Shown: positions 46,551 to 55,462 of the stretch, in pieces
How positions within the stretch are numbered: position 1 is the first letter of the stretch
How the letters are laid out: each line of letters begins with the position of its first letter
NCBI GenBank assembly: GCA_036489375.1
Contig: DASXFX010000078.1
Location: 5,170-69,169, forward strand
Direction: 5' to 3'
DNA: 64,000 nucleotides
From: Candidatus Binataceae bacterium
Lineage (GTDB): Bacteria; Desulfobacterota; Binatia; Binatales; Binataceae
Position numbers and translations under genes: made by a program
The notes under the pieces: generated by a model
What the model was told of the DNA's origin: nothing
Databases searched by the model: none
What the model saw: only the letters and a program-made list of their open reading frames with translations

Positions 46551-48283
46551 CAGGCGCGCTCTTTTATCCAGTCCGCGAGCTCGTCGGGACGAAGTGCGGT
46601 GAGCCCGAAACGGCGGCCCAGGCGAGCGGCCTCGGGGGGATGAAACGATGAGTTCGCGAGCAATTCGTCGCGATCGAAAAACTCACGCACGCCACCGTCG
46701 AACATCACGCGGCCCTTGCGCATCAAGACGACGCGGCGCGCGTATTCGGCGACCAGCCACGGCGTATGAGCGATCATCACGATGGCGATGCCGCCGCGGT
46801 TCAGCTCGCTGACCAGCGCCATCATGCGGCGTTGCTCGCGATAGTCGAGGCCGGTAGTTGGCTCATCGAGGATGAGCACGCGCGGGCGCAGCGCCAGCAC
46901 GCTCGCAACGGCGAGGCGCTGGCGTTCGCCCTTGCTCAGCAGGAACGGATCGCGATCATGATAGCCGACGAGATTGACGGCGCGCAGAACTTCCTCTGAG
47001 CGGCGCGCGATTTCGTCGTCGTCGAGGCCGAAGTTGCGCGGCCCGAAAGCAACTTCGTCGGCGACCGTGGCGCCGAATATCTGATGGTCGGGATTCTGGA
47101 AGACGTAACCGACCTCGTGCGCGGTCTGCGCCGGCGGCAAGTTCGCGCGATCGCGGCCGCCGATTGTTATCGCACCCGAATCGGGGGCGAGCAATCCGAC
47201 CAGATGCTTGGCGAGGGTAGTTTTGCCCGAACCGTTTTGACCGATAATCGCGAGAAACTCGCCGGCTGCGATTTCGAGCGAGACGTCGTCGAGCACGCGC
47301 GGTCCGTAGGGATAAGCGAAGTTCAGATGTTCGACGCGCAGCAGTGGCGGTTGACGTTCGTTCGCTGCGGGAGGCGGCGGCGGAGCATTGTAAGTGGACA
47401 CTTCTCGCGCTTCATTCAACCGCGGCGCACGCGGATAACGCGACCGAATGATTGCCTCGGCTTCGTCAACCGAAGTCGCGTGCGCGCTAATCCCGAGCAG
47501 ATCGATCACGCGATTCAGATCCGGCGGATGCACCCCGCAGTCCTCCAGTAAGTCGAGCCGCACCATCAACTCCGCGGGCGGTCCATGAGCGATGATCTCG
47601 CCGTCGCGCAACAGCACGATGCGATCGCATTTGCGCAGTTCCTCGGCCTCATGCTCGATCACGATCAGGCTGAGGCCCTGCTCACGCATCTGGCGAATGA
47701 GGGCAAATACTTCCGCCTTGCCCTCGGGATCGAGGTCGCTGGTAGGCTCGTCGAGCACGACCACGCCGGGTCTGAGTGCGAGCACCGAGGCGATCGCAAG
47801 GCGCTGCTTTTCGCCGCCGGAGAGCGAGGTCGGATCGCGATCGTCGAAGCCGGCGAGCCCGACCGCGGCGAGGGCTGGGTGGATGCGAGCGGCGATCTCC
47901 TCGCGCGGCAGCCCCACTTGCTCCATCGCGAAGGCGACTTCATGCATGACGTTGGTCGAGAAGAGTTGCGCCTCGAAATCCTGAAAGACCATCCCGACCA
48001 TCGAAGCCACGTCGCAGACACGTTCGCTGCCGAGCGCGCGGCCGCCGATACTAACGACGCCTTGGAACGCGCCGTCCTGGAACGCGGGTACGATGCGATT
48101 CAGACATTTGGCCAGGGTCGATTTGCCGGCGCCCGAGGCCCCCATAATTCCGACCATCTCGCCCGGCCGTAGCGTGAATTGAACTCCGCGCAGAGCGTCG
48201 CGATCGTCACCGGCGTAGCGAAAACCGACGTCTTCGAGCGTCGCGGCAGCGGTCGTTGACGGTGAGACTTCGGGCGGCGTCAC
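46550..48283 (-). CDS. ECF transporter ATPase, fused EcfA1-EcfA2 (two ABC domains)
   Basis: Two full nucleotide-binding domains: GASGAGKST / LSGGEKQR / VLDEPTSDLD and GQNGSGKTT / LSKGERQR / ILDEPTTGLD. I place the start at the GTG at 48281-48283, overlapping the S-component stop (GTGA). Confidence 0.9.
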   Translation of the reverse strand: MTPPEVSPSTTAAATLEDVGFRYAGDDRDALRGVQFTLRPGEMVGIMGASGAGKSTLAKCLNRIVPAFQDGAFQGVVSIGGRALGSERVCDVASMVGMVFQDFEAQLFSTNVMHEVAFAMEQVGLPREEIAARIHPALAAVGLAGFDDRDPTSLSGGEKQRLAIASVLALRPGVVVLDEPTSDLDPEGKAEVFALIRQMREQGLSLIVIEHEAEELRKCDRIVLLRDGEIIAHGPPAELMVRLDLLEDCGVHPPDLNRVIDLLGISAHATSVDEAEAIIRSRYPRAPRLNEAREVSTYNAPPPPPAANERQPPLLRVEHLNFAYPYGPRVLDDVSLEIAAGEFLAIIGQNGSGKTTLAKHLVGLLAPDSGAITIGGRDRANLPPAQTAHEVGYVFQNPDHQIFGATVADEVAFGPRNFGLDDDEIARRSEEVLRAVNLVGYHDRDPFLLSKGERQRLAVASVLALRPRVLILDEPTTGLDYREQRRMMALVSELNRGGIAIVMIAHTPWLVAEYARRVVLMRKGRVMFDGGVREFFDRDELLANSSFHPPEAARLGRRFGLTALRPDELADWIKERA

Positions 48284-49065
48284 ATCAACATCGTCCCGGC
48301 GAGCGCGCACATGATCAGCGGACTCACCAGCACCAGGATCGATTTATCGTAGGGCGGCTGCGCGAAGCTCGCGGGGAGGAACGCGGGAATCCAGTAGCCG
48401 GTCGAAACCAGATTGCCGACCGTCCACGCGCCAACCTCGCCCGCAACGAGGAGGCCGAGGCCCGCGAAACTGGTTGAGCGCGATCGCTCCTGAAGCTCCG
48501 GCATCACGTCGCTGTACAGCATGCGACCGGCGCGCACGCGGGGATAGACGCCGATCAGAATCAGCGGCGAGATAAACAGCGCCGAGATCATGTTGTTAAA
48601 GATGATGACGTTGCCGAGGATGCTGAAGGGGCGGAAGCCGAGAAGATTATCGCCCCATCCGACGAGGTCGGCGCACAGCACGCTCGCGGCGAGACAGACG
48701 GCGACGTACTTGGCGAGATTGATCGGCGATCGGCTGATCGGGCTCTGGCCCTTCGCAATGATGCTCCAGGCCTTGTACGGAATGTAACCGTAAAAGAGGT
48801 TGGCGAAAAAGCCGAAGATATCGCCCGGGCCGACGCCGCCAAAGAAGTCGCCGATCATGTTTCCGATCGCGGAACCCCACGCCGCCGCGGGCCCGAAAAG
48901 AAACGAACACACGACTGGGATCGCATTGGCAGGCCTCAGTTCGGTGACGCCCGGGATAAGCGGGACCACCTTGAACGGCACCAGCACCGCTGCGTACAAG
49001 GCGGCGGAAATCGCGCAGAGGACGACCATCCGCGTATTGCGCCACATCAGGCGCAACTCATGCAT
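48280..49065 (-). CDS. ECF-type substrate-capture (S) component, possibly QueT-like; substrate unknown
   Basis: 261 aa with about 6 TM segments. The N-terminal VVLCAISAALYAAVLVPFKV...LRPANAIPVVCSFLFGPAAAWGSAIGNMIGD resembles S-components. It is the first gene of the ecfA-ecfT operon. Confidence 0.65.
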   Translation of the reverse strand: MHELRLMWRNTRMVVLCAISAALYAAVLVPFKVVPLIPGVTELRPANAIPVVCSFLFGPAAAWGSAIGNMIGDFFGGVGPGDIFGFFANLFYGYIPYKAWSIIAKGQSPISRSPINLAKYVAVCLAASVLCADLVGWGDNLLGFRPFSILGNVIIFNNMISALFISPLILIGVYPRVRAGRMLYSDVMPELQERSRSTSFAGLGLLVAGEVGAWTVGNLVSTGYWIPAFLPASFAQPPYDKSILVLVSPLIMCALAGTMLM

Positions 49066-49368
49066 CTGGAGTTCCCGCCGTGACCATCAAGCTGGAAGGA
49101 CCGCGACTGACGCCGGTGCCGCCGCGAGAACGTCGTTAGTGCGACGGACGCGATGCAGTCGAAACTTCGTAGGTCTGCCCGGTCGATGGTCAATAGCCAT
49201 ATTGATAACGTAACGACGGTGACCAATATGACGACCCCAATCAAGTAATCAAGCGCATCGGTTAGAGGTCGTCGCGGGGAGCCGGGCGCGGAGTATTGCT
49301 CAATCGACGGCCCATGCAGCACAATCACCCATGGCGTACGCTCATTCATCCATAAAGGGCGGTGACTA

Positions 49369-49722
49369 ATGCCGATATATGAATACGAATGTGAGAAATG
49401 TCATCGGCGCAGCAGCGTTTTGACGCTGCGGGTGAGCGCGAAGGTCGCAGCCAAATGCCAGCATTGCGGCGCCGCGAAACTCCGCCGTCTGATGTCGCGG
49501 TTCGCGATGCCGCGCAGCGACGAGGCGCGGATGGACGCGATGGCGGATCCATCGAACCTCGGCGGTCTCGATGAGAACGATCCCAAGAGCCTTGCACGCG
49601 CGATGCGTAAAATGGGGCGCGAGATGGGCGATGAGTTCGCTGGGCCCGAGTTCGAGGAGGCGGTCAGCGAAATGGAGAGTTCCGGAGACCTCGGCGACGG
49701 CAGCGACGGCGACAGTGAGTGA
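49369..49722 (+). CDS. FmdB-family zinc-ribbon protein (CxxC...CxxC) with acidic tail
   Basis: MPIYEYECEKCHRR...KCQHCGAAKLRRLMS is the canonical FmdB/CxxC_CxxC_SSSS N-terminus. Confidence 0.85.
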   Translation: MPIYEYECEKCHRRSSVLTLRVSAKVAAKCQHCGAAKLRRLMSRFAMPRSDEARMDAMADPSNLGGLDENDPKSLARAMRKMGREMGDEFAGPEFEEAVSEMESSGDLGDGSDGDSE

Positions 49723-49772
49723 CCGCACGAAGTCGATACGGCCGCGATCGCATCTGGACCAACTGACGGGAA

Positions 49773-51977
49773 TTGCCGCCTTCATCAATACCCTTGGCAG
49801 CCGGCTCCGCTAAGCGGGCAGCGTCGAGCGCCACAGCAACCGCAAGCGCTTCACGTGCAGCGGTCACCGCGGATAAATTCGGCTTGGCGGCATTCGCCAT
49901 TTATCTCGCGCTCTCGGTATTTATCTTCGGACGCGGGCTGACGGGCCATTTATCCGACTACCACATCGGCGTCGCCGTCCCCGCCGACAGCACTATCTTC
50001 ATCTGGTCGCTCGCATGGTGGCGCCACGCACTGCTGAACCACCTCAATCCATTACTCACTACCGCGATTTGGGCGCCCGGCGGTATCAATCTCGCGTGGG
50101 TCACGACCGCACCGCTCGCTGCTGTGATCGCAATCCCGATGACGAGTGCGTTCGGCGCGGTAGTCACTTGCAATATTCTGTTTATACTAAGTCCCGCACT
50201 TGCTGCATGGAGTGCGTTTCTGCTTTGCCGACGAGTCGCCAATAACTACTGGCCCGCAATCATTGGTGGCTACATCTTCGGTTTCTCGGCCTACATGCTC
50301 GGACAAATGCGCGGACACCTGCATCAGGTGTTGATTTTCCCGGTGCCACTGATTGCCTACCTGGCCGTGCGGCATTACCAGCGTGAAATCCGCACGCGCA
50401 CCTTCGTCATACTCAGCGCGTTGACGATCGCAGCGGAATTTCTGATCGCACTCGAAGTCTTCGCGACGATGACGATATTCGGTTTGATCGCCGCGCTGCT
50501 GGGTGTGAATTTCACTACGGGCGACTCGCGCCGACGGGTGGTCGCAACCGCGCTTCCACTGGCACTTGGAGCGATCCTCTCGCTAATCCTGGTATCGCCG
50601 TTTATCTGTTACCTGTTCGCTTCGAGCGCTCCGCGTTGGGGTACGATGTATTCCGCCGATCCGATTGGGTGGTTGGTTCCGACTACCTATTTCGAACTGG
50701 GCCGGCTGCCAATTCTACGGTCGATAGCGAACAACTTCCCATTCGACCAGTTCGAATGCGGAACCTATGTGGGTCCCGTCCTGATTGTGATCGTTACGCT
50801 TTTCGCGCGACGACATTGGCGCGAGCCGTTTGCGCGAATGATGATCGACTTACTGATCATTATCGCTGTGCTCTCGCTCGGCCCGATGCTTCACGTGATG
50901 CATCACAATCTGGTCGGACTGCCGGGAGCGATAGTTACGGCTCTCCCACTGATGAGCAAGGCTACGCCCTCGCGCTTCGCTATGTACGCATTTCTGATCC
51001 TGGCAATAGTCACTTCACTCTGGCTCGGCGAGGCCAGACGCGGGCCGCGGACCAAAATCACAGTTGCCGGCCTGTTGGTACTCTCGACCCTGCCGAATCT
51101 CTCCACTGACTATTGGTTAACGCCCAATAGTACACCGGAATTCTTCACCGGCGGCGAGTATCGAAAGTATATTGCGCCGGGCGACACTGTTGTCACTTTG
51201 CCGTACTGGATGCTGGGCAATGGGATGCTCTGGCAGGCGCAGACCGATATGTACTTCCGCATGGCGGGCGGGTGGACCGGACCGCCGCCGCCGCAGTACG
51301 ACGGATGGCCAATCGTCAAGGCGCTCGCCACCGACACGCTCGTGCCGGACGCCGAACTTCAATTGAAAGCGTTTGCCGCCAACCACAACGTGACTGCCGT
51401 GATTGCCGGCAGCGGAACCAATCCGGTCTTTGAGCCGATGCTCGCGACGCTTGATCAGAACCCGATCGTAAACGGCGGCGTCACGCTTTACCGCATACGG
51501 CCCGGATCACTCGTGCCGTACCAGCATCTGACGGCGATCGAGATGGAGACGCGATCGGACAGCGAACGCATCGACACATTAATTGCCGCCGCCAATCGCT
51601 ATCTCGCCGAAGGCCATGACCCCGCAGCGCTTAACGTCAAGGTCGCCGAGCAGCTTGGCTTGATCCCGTTGGGATGGGCGCGAGCTCCAACCGCGCTCGC
51701 CTTCAACGCGCTTTGGCTGGGGCAGTGGAACGATACCGGCGTCAGCGTTGGAATCACCGGTTCGTACGAGGCACTCAAACCGGTGATCGCAAAATATCGC
51801 GACGATGCCGAACGAATCTATTTCCCTTTTCCGACCGAATTACACGACACCGCGAAGGTTCCAGCCGGCGCGCACGTTATCATGCTGATCTTCGATCGCG
51901 CCGGACTCGCGCGGGCCGCTGCCAAAGCTTCTGTGGCACCTCGAAACGCGAGCGTCGTGGTTCACGACGTTCGATAA
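49773..51977 (+). CDS. large polytopic membrane protein with C-terminal extracytoplasmic domain (GT-C-glycosyltransferase-like architecture; function unknown)
   Basis: 734 aa with more than 10 hydrophobic segments in the first ~460 aa, then a ~270-aa soluble domain. I identified no confident family motif. The start is uncertain (TTG at 49773 or 49794). Confidence 0.6.
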   Translation: MPPSSIPLAAGSAKRAASSATATASASRAAVTADKFGLAAFAIYLALSVFIFGRGLTGHLSDYHIGVAVPADSTIFIWSLAWWRHALLNHLNPLLTTAIWAPGGINLAWVTTAPLAAVIAIPMTSAFGAVVTCNILFILSPALAAWSAFLLCRRVANNYWPAIIGGYIFGFSAYMLGQMRGHLHQVLIFPVPLIAYLAVRHYQREIRTRTFVILSALTIAAEFLIALEVFATMTIFGLIAALLGVNFTTGDSRRRVVATALPLALGAILSLILVSPFICYLFASSAPRWGTMYSADPIGWLVPTTYFELGRLPILRSIANNFPFDQFECGTYVGPVLIVIVTLFARRHWREPFARMMIDLLIIIAVLSLGPMLHVMHHNLVGLPGAIVTALPLMSKATPSRFAMYAFLILAIVTSLWLGEARRGPRTKITVAGLLVLSTLPNLSTDYWLTPNSTPEFFTGGEYRKYIAPGDTVVTLPYWMLGNGMLWQAQTDMYFRMAGGWTGPPPPQYDGWPIVKALATDTLVPDAELQLKAFAANHNVTAVIAGSGTNPVFEPMLATLDQNPIVNGGVTLYRIRPGSLVPYQHLTAIEMETRSDSERIDTLIAAANRYLAEGHDPAALNVKVAEQLGLIPLGWARAPTALAFNALWLGQWNDTGVSVGITGSYEALKPVIAKYRDDAERIYFPFPTELHDTAKVPAGAHVIMLIFDRAGLARAAAKASVAPRNASVVVHDVR

Positions 51978-52090
51978 AATCTCGACACTTTTAGGAATTC
52001 TCTATCGGGTCCGCTCGCGGTGAACAGTCGCGGCTCGTATGGAATTCCAAGTTGAGGCGATCGGCCAGCGGCCGCGCGATCCATCTTCAG

Positions 52091-52570
52091 TCAATCGGCC
52101 TGCAGCATAACGATCGCGGCCGCCGCCATCCCTTCGCCCCGGCCGAGCGCACCGAGGCCCTCGGGATTCGACGCCTTGACGTTCACCTGGCGCGCATCCG
52201 TGCCGAGTGCAGACGCCATTCGCCCGCTCATCGCAGGCAGATGCGGTGCGAGCTTCGGTTGCGCCGCGAAAATCGTGACGTCGGCGTTGACCAGCCGCCA
52301 CCCGAGGTCGGTCGCCCGCTTCCACACGGTCGCCAGCAGCGCGACGCTATCGGCGTTCTTGAACTGAGGATCGTTGTCGGGGAAATGCCGTCCGAGATCG
52401 CCCTCGCCCAAAGCGCCAAGGATCGCGTTGGACAGCGCATGCGCTGCTACATCGGCATCCGAATGGCCGCGCAGTCCCGTCGGATGCGCGATCTCGACTC
52501 CGCCCAAAATGAGCTTGCGGCCCGCCTCCAGCGGATGAAAATCGAAGCCCTGCCCTACTCTGAATCGCAT
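52091..52570 (-). CDS. ispF: 2-C-methyl-D-erythritol 2,4-cyclodiphosphate synthase
   Basis: MRFRVGQGFDFHPL...GHSDADVAAHA...DVTIFAAQPKL are classic IspF motifs. I prefer the ATG at 52568-52570. Confidence 0.93.
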   Translation of the reverse strand: MRFRVGQGFDFHPLEAGRKLILGGVEIAHPTGLRGHSDADVAAHALSNAILGALGEGDLGRHFPDNDPQFKNADSVALLATVWKRATDLGWRLVNADVTIFAAQPKLAPHLPAMSGRMASALGTDARQVNVKASNPEGLGALGRGEGMAAAAIVMLQAD

Positions 52571-52657
52571 TGTCGATTGCTCGCCGAGCGCCATCCTAAG
52601 TTGACATTGGCGACCCGACCATCCAAGCTTTTACGATGCATTTGGGGAGGCGTCGCG

Positions 52658-52939
52658 ATGTTTGACTTCTGGAAGCAACCGAAATTCTGGGTGGTCACCG
52701 TGCTGATTCTGTGGCTCGCCTATGTCATCGGCAGCAATCTGGAGGGAGTCATCGTGATTCACATAATTCCGTGGCTACTGCAGCCCTACCTCAAAGTGAG
52801 CACGATCGTAATCGCGTCCGGAATCGTCGGGGCACTGTTGACACTCGGTACTCAATTCCTCTGGCGCAGAGGCCGCGCTTCAAAGAACGCTTCGGAATCG
52901 ACGCCCGCACCCGGCACCAGCAGCAGCACGGTCGCCTGA
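52658..52939 (+). CDS. small two-TM membrane protein (LapA/DUF1049-like)
   Basis: ATG at 52658 lies 7 nt after GGGGAGG. MFDFWKQPKFWVVTVLILWLAYVIG...STIVIASGIVGALLTLGTQFLW gives two hydrophobic helices. It is the only credible part of the 295-aa track ORF, and its tail overlaps the moeA 3' end. Confidence 0.55.
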   Translation: MFDFWKQPKFWVVTVLILWLAYVIGSNLEGVIVIHIIPWLLQPYLKVSTIVIASGIVGALLTLGTQFLWRRGRASKNASESTPAPGTSSSTVA

Positions 52940-54117
52940 TCGCCCGCCTTCAACACGCTCGATGCGGCCGGACCGATCAGCAGCGCCTCGGCGCGCGAAA
53001 GTGAACTGAACACTCCTGACCCTTGATAGCCGGTGGGCGTCGCGAAAACCTCCGCGCCGCGCCGCTCCAACCGCACCCGTACAAACTCAGTAAGGTTTTG
53101 CGAAGTCTTAATATCGCTCGCGCAGCGTACCGTCATTCGCGGCAAGCCGGTCTCCGGCGCCCCACTCATCCGTAGCAGCGCCGGCCGCACGTATAGATAG
53201 AAGCAAACCAAAGTTGATACGGGATTGCCGGGAAGGCCGAAAATTGGCCGGCCGCCGATCGTTCCGAATTTCAGTGGCCGTCCGGGCTTCTGCGCAACTC
53301 CGTGAAAGAGCTGGCGTAGCCCGAGTTCATCCATCACCACCTTGACGTGATCGAACTGCCCCACTGAGACTCCGCCGGTCGAAAGCACGACGTCGAAAGC
53401 CAGGGCCTCGGCTAACCGCGCGCGCACCTCCGCGGGATGATCGCGCGCTACCTTGAGAATCACCGGCATCGCGCCAGCTTCCCGAATCGCGCCCGCCAAG
53501 GCGTATGCACTGGAGTTAACGACCTGGGCCCCAGTCGGAACCTGATCGACGTCAACCAGTTCATCTCCGGTCGCGACAATTGCGACGCGGGGCCTGCGCC
53601 AGACATCGATCATCGAGCGATTCAACGAGGCCAGCATGCCCAAATCGGACGGGCTCAAGGTCTTCCCCGCACTCATCGCGAGATCTCCCCGGCGTATGTC
53701 CTCTCCGCGCGGCCGCACGAAAGCGCCAGCCTCAGCCGATTCCATTATCTCGACGAAATTACCCTCAGTGCGCGTTCGCTCGACCGGCACGATAGCGTCG
53801 GCGCCGAGCGCTATCGGCGCCCCCGTCATCGTCCGCACGGCCTGGCCCGCCGCAAGCTCCCGCGAAGGCATCGCACCCGCCGCCACGGTCTCCAGCACTT
53901 CGAGCCGCACCGGCTTGCCCTCGCTGGCCGAGACCACATCGGCCGCGCGAACGGCGTAACCGTCCATTGCGGAGTTGTCGAACCCGGGGATGTCGCGCGG
54001 CGAATGGATATCCTCGGCGAGAATGCGTCCGAGCGCCGCGGTAATCGAGCACCGCTCGACTCCCAACGGAGCCACGTTGTCCAGAACGATTTGCAGAGCC
54101 TCGTCCGCGGTAGTCAT
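52852..54117 (-). CDS. moeA: molybdopterin molybdotransferase
   Basis: 421 aa. PGFDNSAMDGYAVR, VAIVATGDEL, LSTGGVSVG and FGLPGNPVS are typical MoeA motifs. Confidence 0.92.
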   Translation of the reverse strand: MTTADEALQIVLDNVAPLGVERCSITAALGRILAEDIHSPRDIPGFDNSAMDGYAVRAADVVSASEGKPVRLEVLETVAAGAMPSRELAAGQAVRTMTGAPIALGADAIVPVERTRTEGNFVEIMESAEAGAFVRPRGEDIRRGDLAMSAGKTLSPSDLGMLASLNRSMIDVWRRPRVAIVATGDELVDVDQVPTGAQVVNSSAYALAGAIREAGAMPVILKVARDHPAEVRARLAEALAFDVVLSTGGVSVGQFDHVKVVMDELGLRQLFHGVAQKPGRPLKFGTIGGRPIFGLPGNPVSTLVCFYLYVRPALLRMSGAPETGLPRMTVRCASDIKTSQNLTEFVRVRLERRGAEVFATPTGYQGSGVFSSLSRAEALLIGPAASSVLKAGDQATVLLLVPGAGVDSEAFFEARPLRQRN

Positions 54118-54227
54118 TTCACTGCCTCATTCATGGCAGCCTCAAGGATACCCGGCTGGGATGAAGATTTGAACTGTATGTGGCGCTAACGGAAAGGAGC
54201 AGGTGCAGATGAGATGCCCTGAATTCC

Positions 54228-55325
54228 TCAGAATTCCGACATTTGCGCCTGGAGCTGGTCGTCGGGCACGCGGATGTCGTAGCTGTCAACATTGGTCGGC
54301 ACGCGATCGCGCAACAGCGCCGGATTCGCCTGCCGAATCGCATCGAGCGACACCTTGGTCATCTGCGCGACGTAACTCAGCATCGTGCCGCCCTTGACCT
54401 TGAAAATCCGGTAATGCGGCGGCTCGTTCAGGCTCACATCGTCGAGTCCGTAGTCGCTGGCGTGATGTGCCATCAGGGCCACCGCCATGAAGCGGTTCAT
54501 GAGCGACCGGGTATGATGCGGCAATCGCGCCATCAGGCGATCGTAACTGGCGTTGCGCAAGCGCGAGTAGCGATCGATCGAGCGGTCGCCGTTGTTCCAT
54601 GCGATCAGCGTCATCCGCCAGTCGGAGCCGCTCGCATCGTGCAACGTGGCCAGGTATTCGGCCGCCGCCCGTGTGGACTTGACTGGATCCCGCCGCTCAT
54701 CGATCCAATCGTTGACCAACAAGCCGAAGCGTTGTGCGGTCGCCTTTTCGAGCTGCCAGGGACCGTCACCCTGCGGTGAGAATCCACTCTCCGCGAAGGC
54801 GAGATAGATCAGGTCGGGCGGCAAGCCTTGGTTCTCCATCTCCCGGACCATAACCGCCATGTACGGTTGGCTACGCCGGAACGATTGCTTGAGCCCCTGT
54901 GGCTGCGACGCGTACTGGTTGACGTATTGCTGGACGGTGCGGTTGAGGATCAGTGGAAAGGGCGCGACCGACTTCGGCTCGCTGCGCACGAATGGCATCT
55001 CTGATGCCGCCAAAATATCACTATTATGAGAATCCGGGTTGGAAACCGTTTCGCCGGCGGACAGCAAGTTTGCCGCTCCCGCCTGACCGCTCACCGTAAT
55101 CAGGGTGTTGGGGTCCGACTGGACATCGGCGTTCGAGGCACAGCCGAAGGCCGTCACCGCAAGCAGCATCGCCAATAGCGCGGGAACCACGTTCCCTTTT
55201 TTGGTGGGTATCGCCAAATTGTCGCTAACCCTACCGGCCAGCATCCAGCGGATCAACCCCATCCGAATAAAAAAAACTAATAGTTGGGGATAGCTGCGCT
55301 TAAATCCACCGCTTATCCACAGCAT
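54228..55325 (-). CDS. lytic transglycosylase (SLT domain) lipoprotein with C-terminal LysM (MltD-like)
   Basis: Lipobox-like LLAVTAFGCAS, SLT catalytic region LIYLAFAESGF...AAAEYL, and a C-terminal LysM-like YRIFKVKGGTMLSYVAQMTKVSLDAIRQANP. The start codon is uncertain (55325, 55262 or 55244). Confidence 0.8.
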   Translation of the reverse strand: MLWISGGFKRSYPQLLVFFIRMGLIRWMLAGRVSDNLAIPTKKGNVVPALLAMLLAVTAFGCASNADVQSDPNTLITVSGQAGAANLLSAGETVSNPDSHNSDILAASEMPFVRSEPKSVAPFPLILNRTVQQYVNQYASQPQGLKQSFRRSQPYMAVMVREMENQGLPPDLIYLAFAESGFSPQGDGPWQLEKATAQRFGLLVNDWIDERRDPVKSTRAAAEYLATLHDASGSDWRMTLIAWNNGDRSIDRYSRLRNASYDRLMARLPHHTRSLMNRFMAVALMAHHASDYGLDDVSLNEPPHYRIFKVKGGTMLSYVAQMTKVSLDAIRQANPALLRDRVPTNVDSYDIRVPDDQLQAQMSEF

Positions 55326-55462
55326 TTAAAAGCACAATCCCTCGCCGCTCACCGGAAGGGCTTTCCCGCGATATTCATCGGCGCTAATGGATCGCAGGCT
55401 TAGATGGCTTGGTGGTTTGTGCTAATTTCCCGCAGTAAGGCCGTCAGCCGGCCTTCTCCAAA

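Noticed and set aside
49047-49349. 100-aa single-TM ORF and possible riboswitch upstream of the ECF S-component
   Set aside because: There is no Shine-Dalgarno sequence, third-position G+C is only moderate, and it overlaps the S-gene start. I could not find TPP, preQ1, cobalamin or THF riboswitch cores by eye. It is mentioned in a finding but not called as a feature.
52052-52657. First ~200 aa of the 295-aa plus-strand ORF
   Set aside because: It is antisense to ispF and Arg-rich. Only the terminal part, from the RBS-preceded ATG at 52658, looks like a real small membrane protein.
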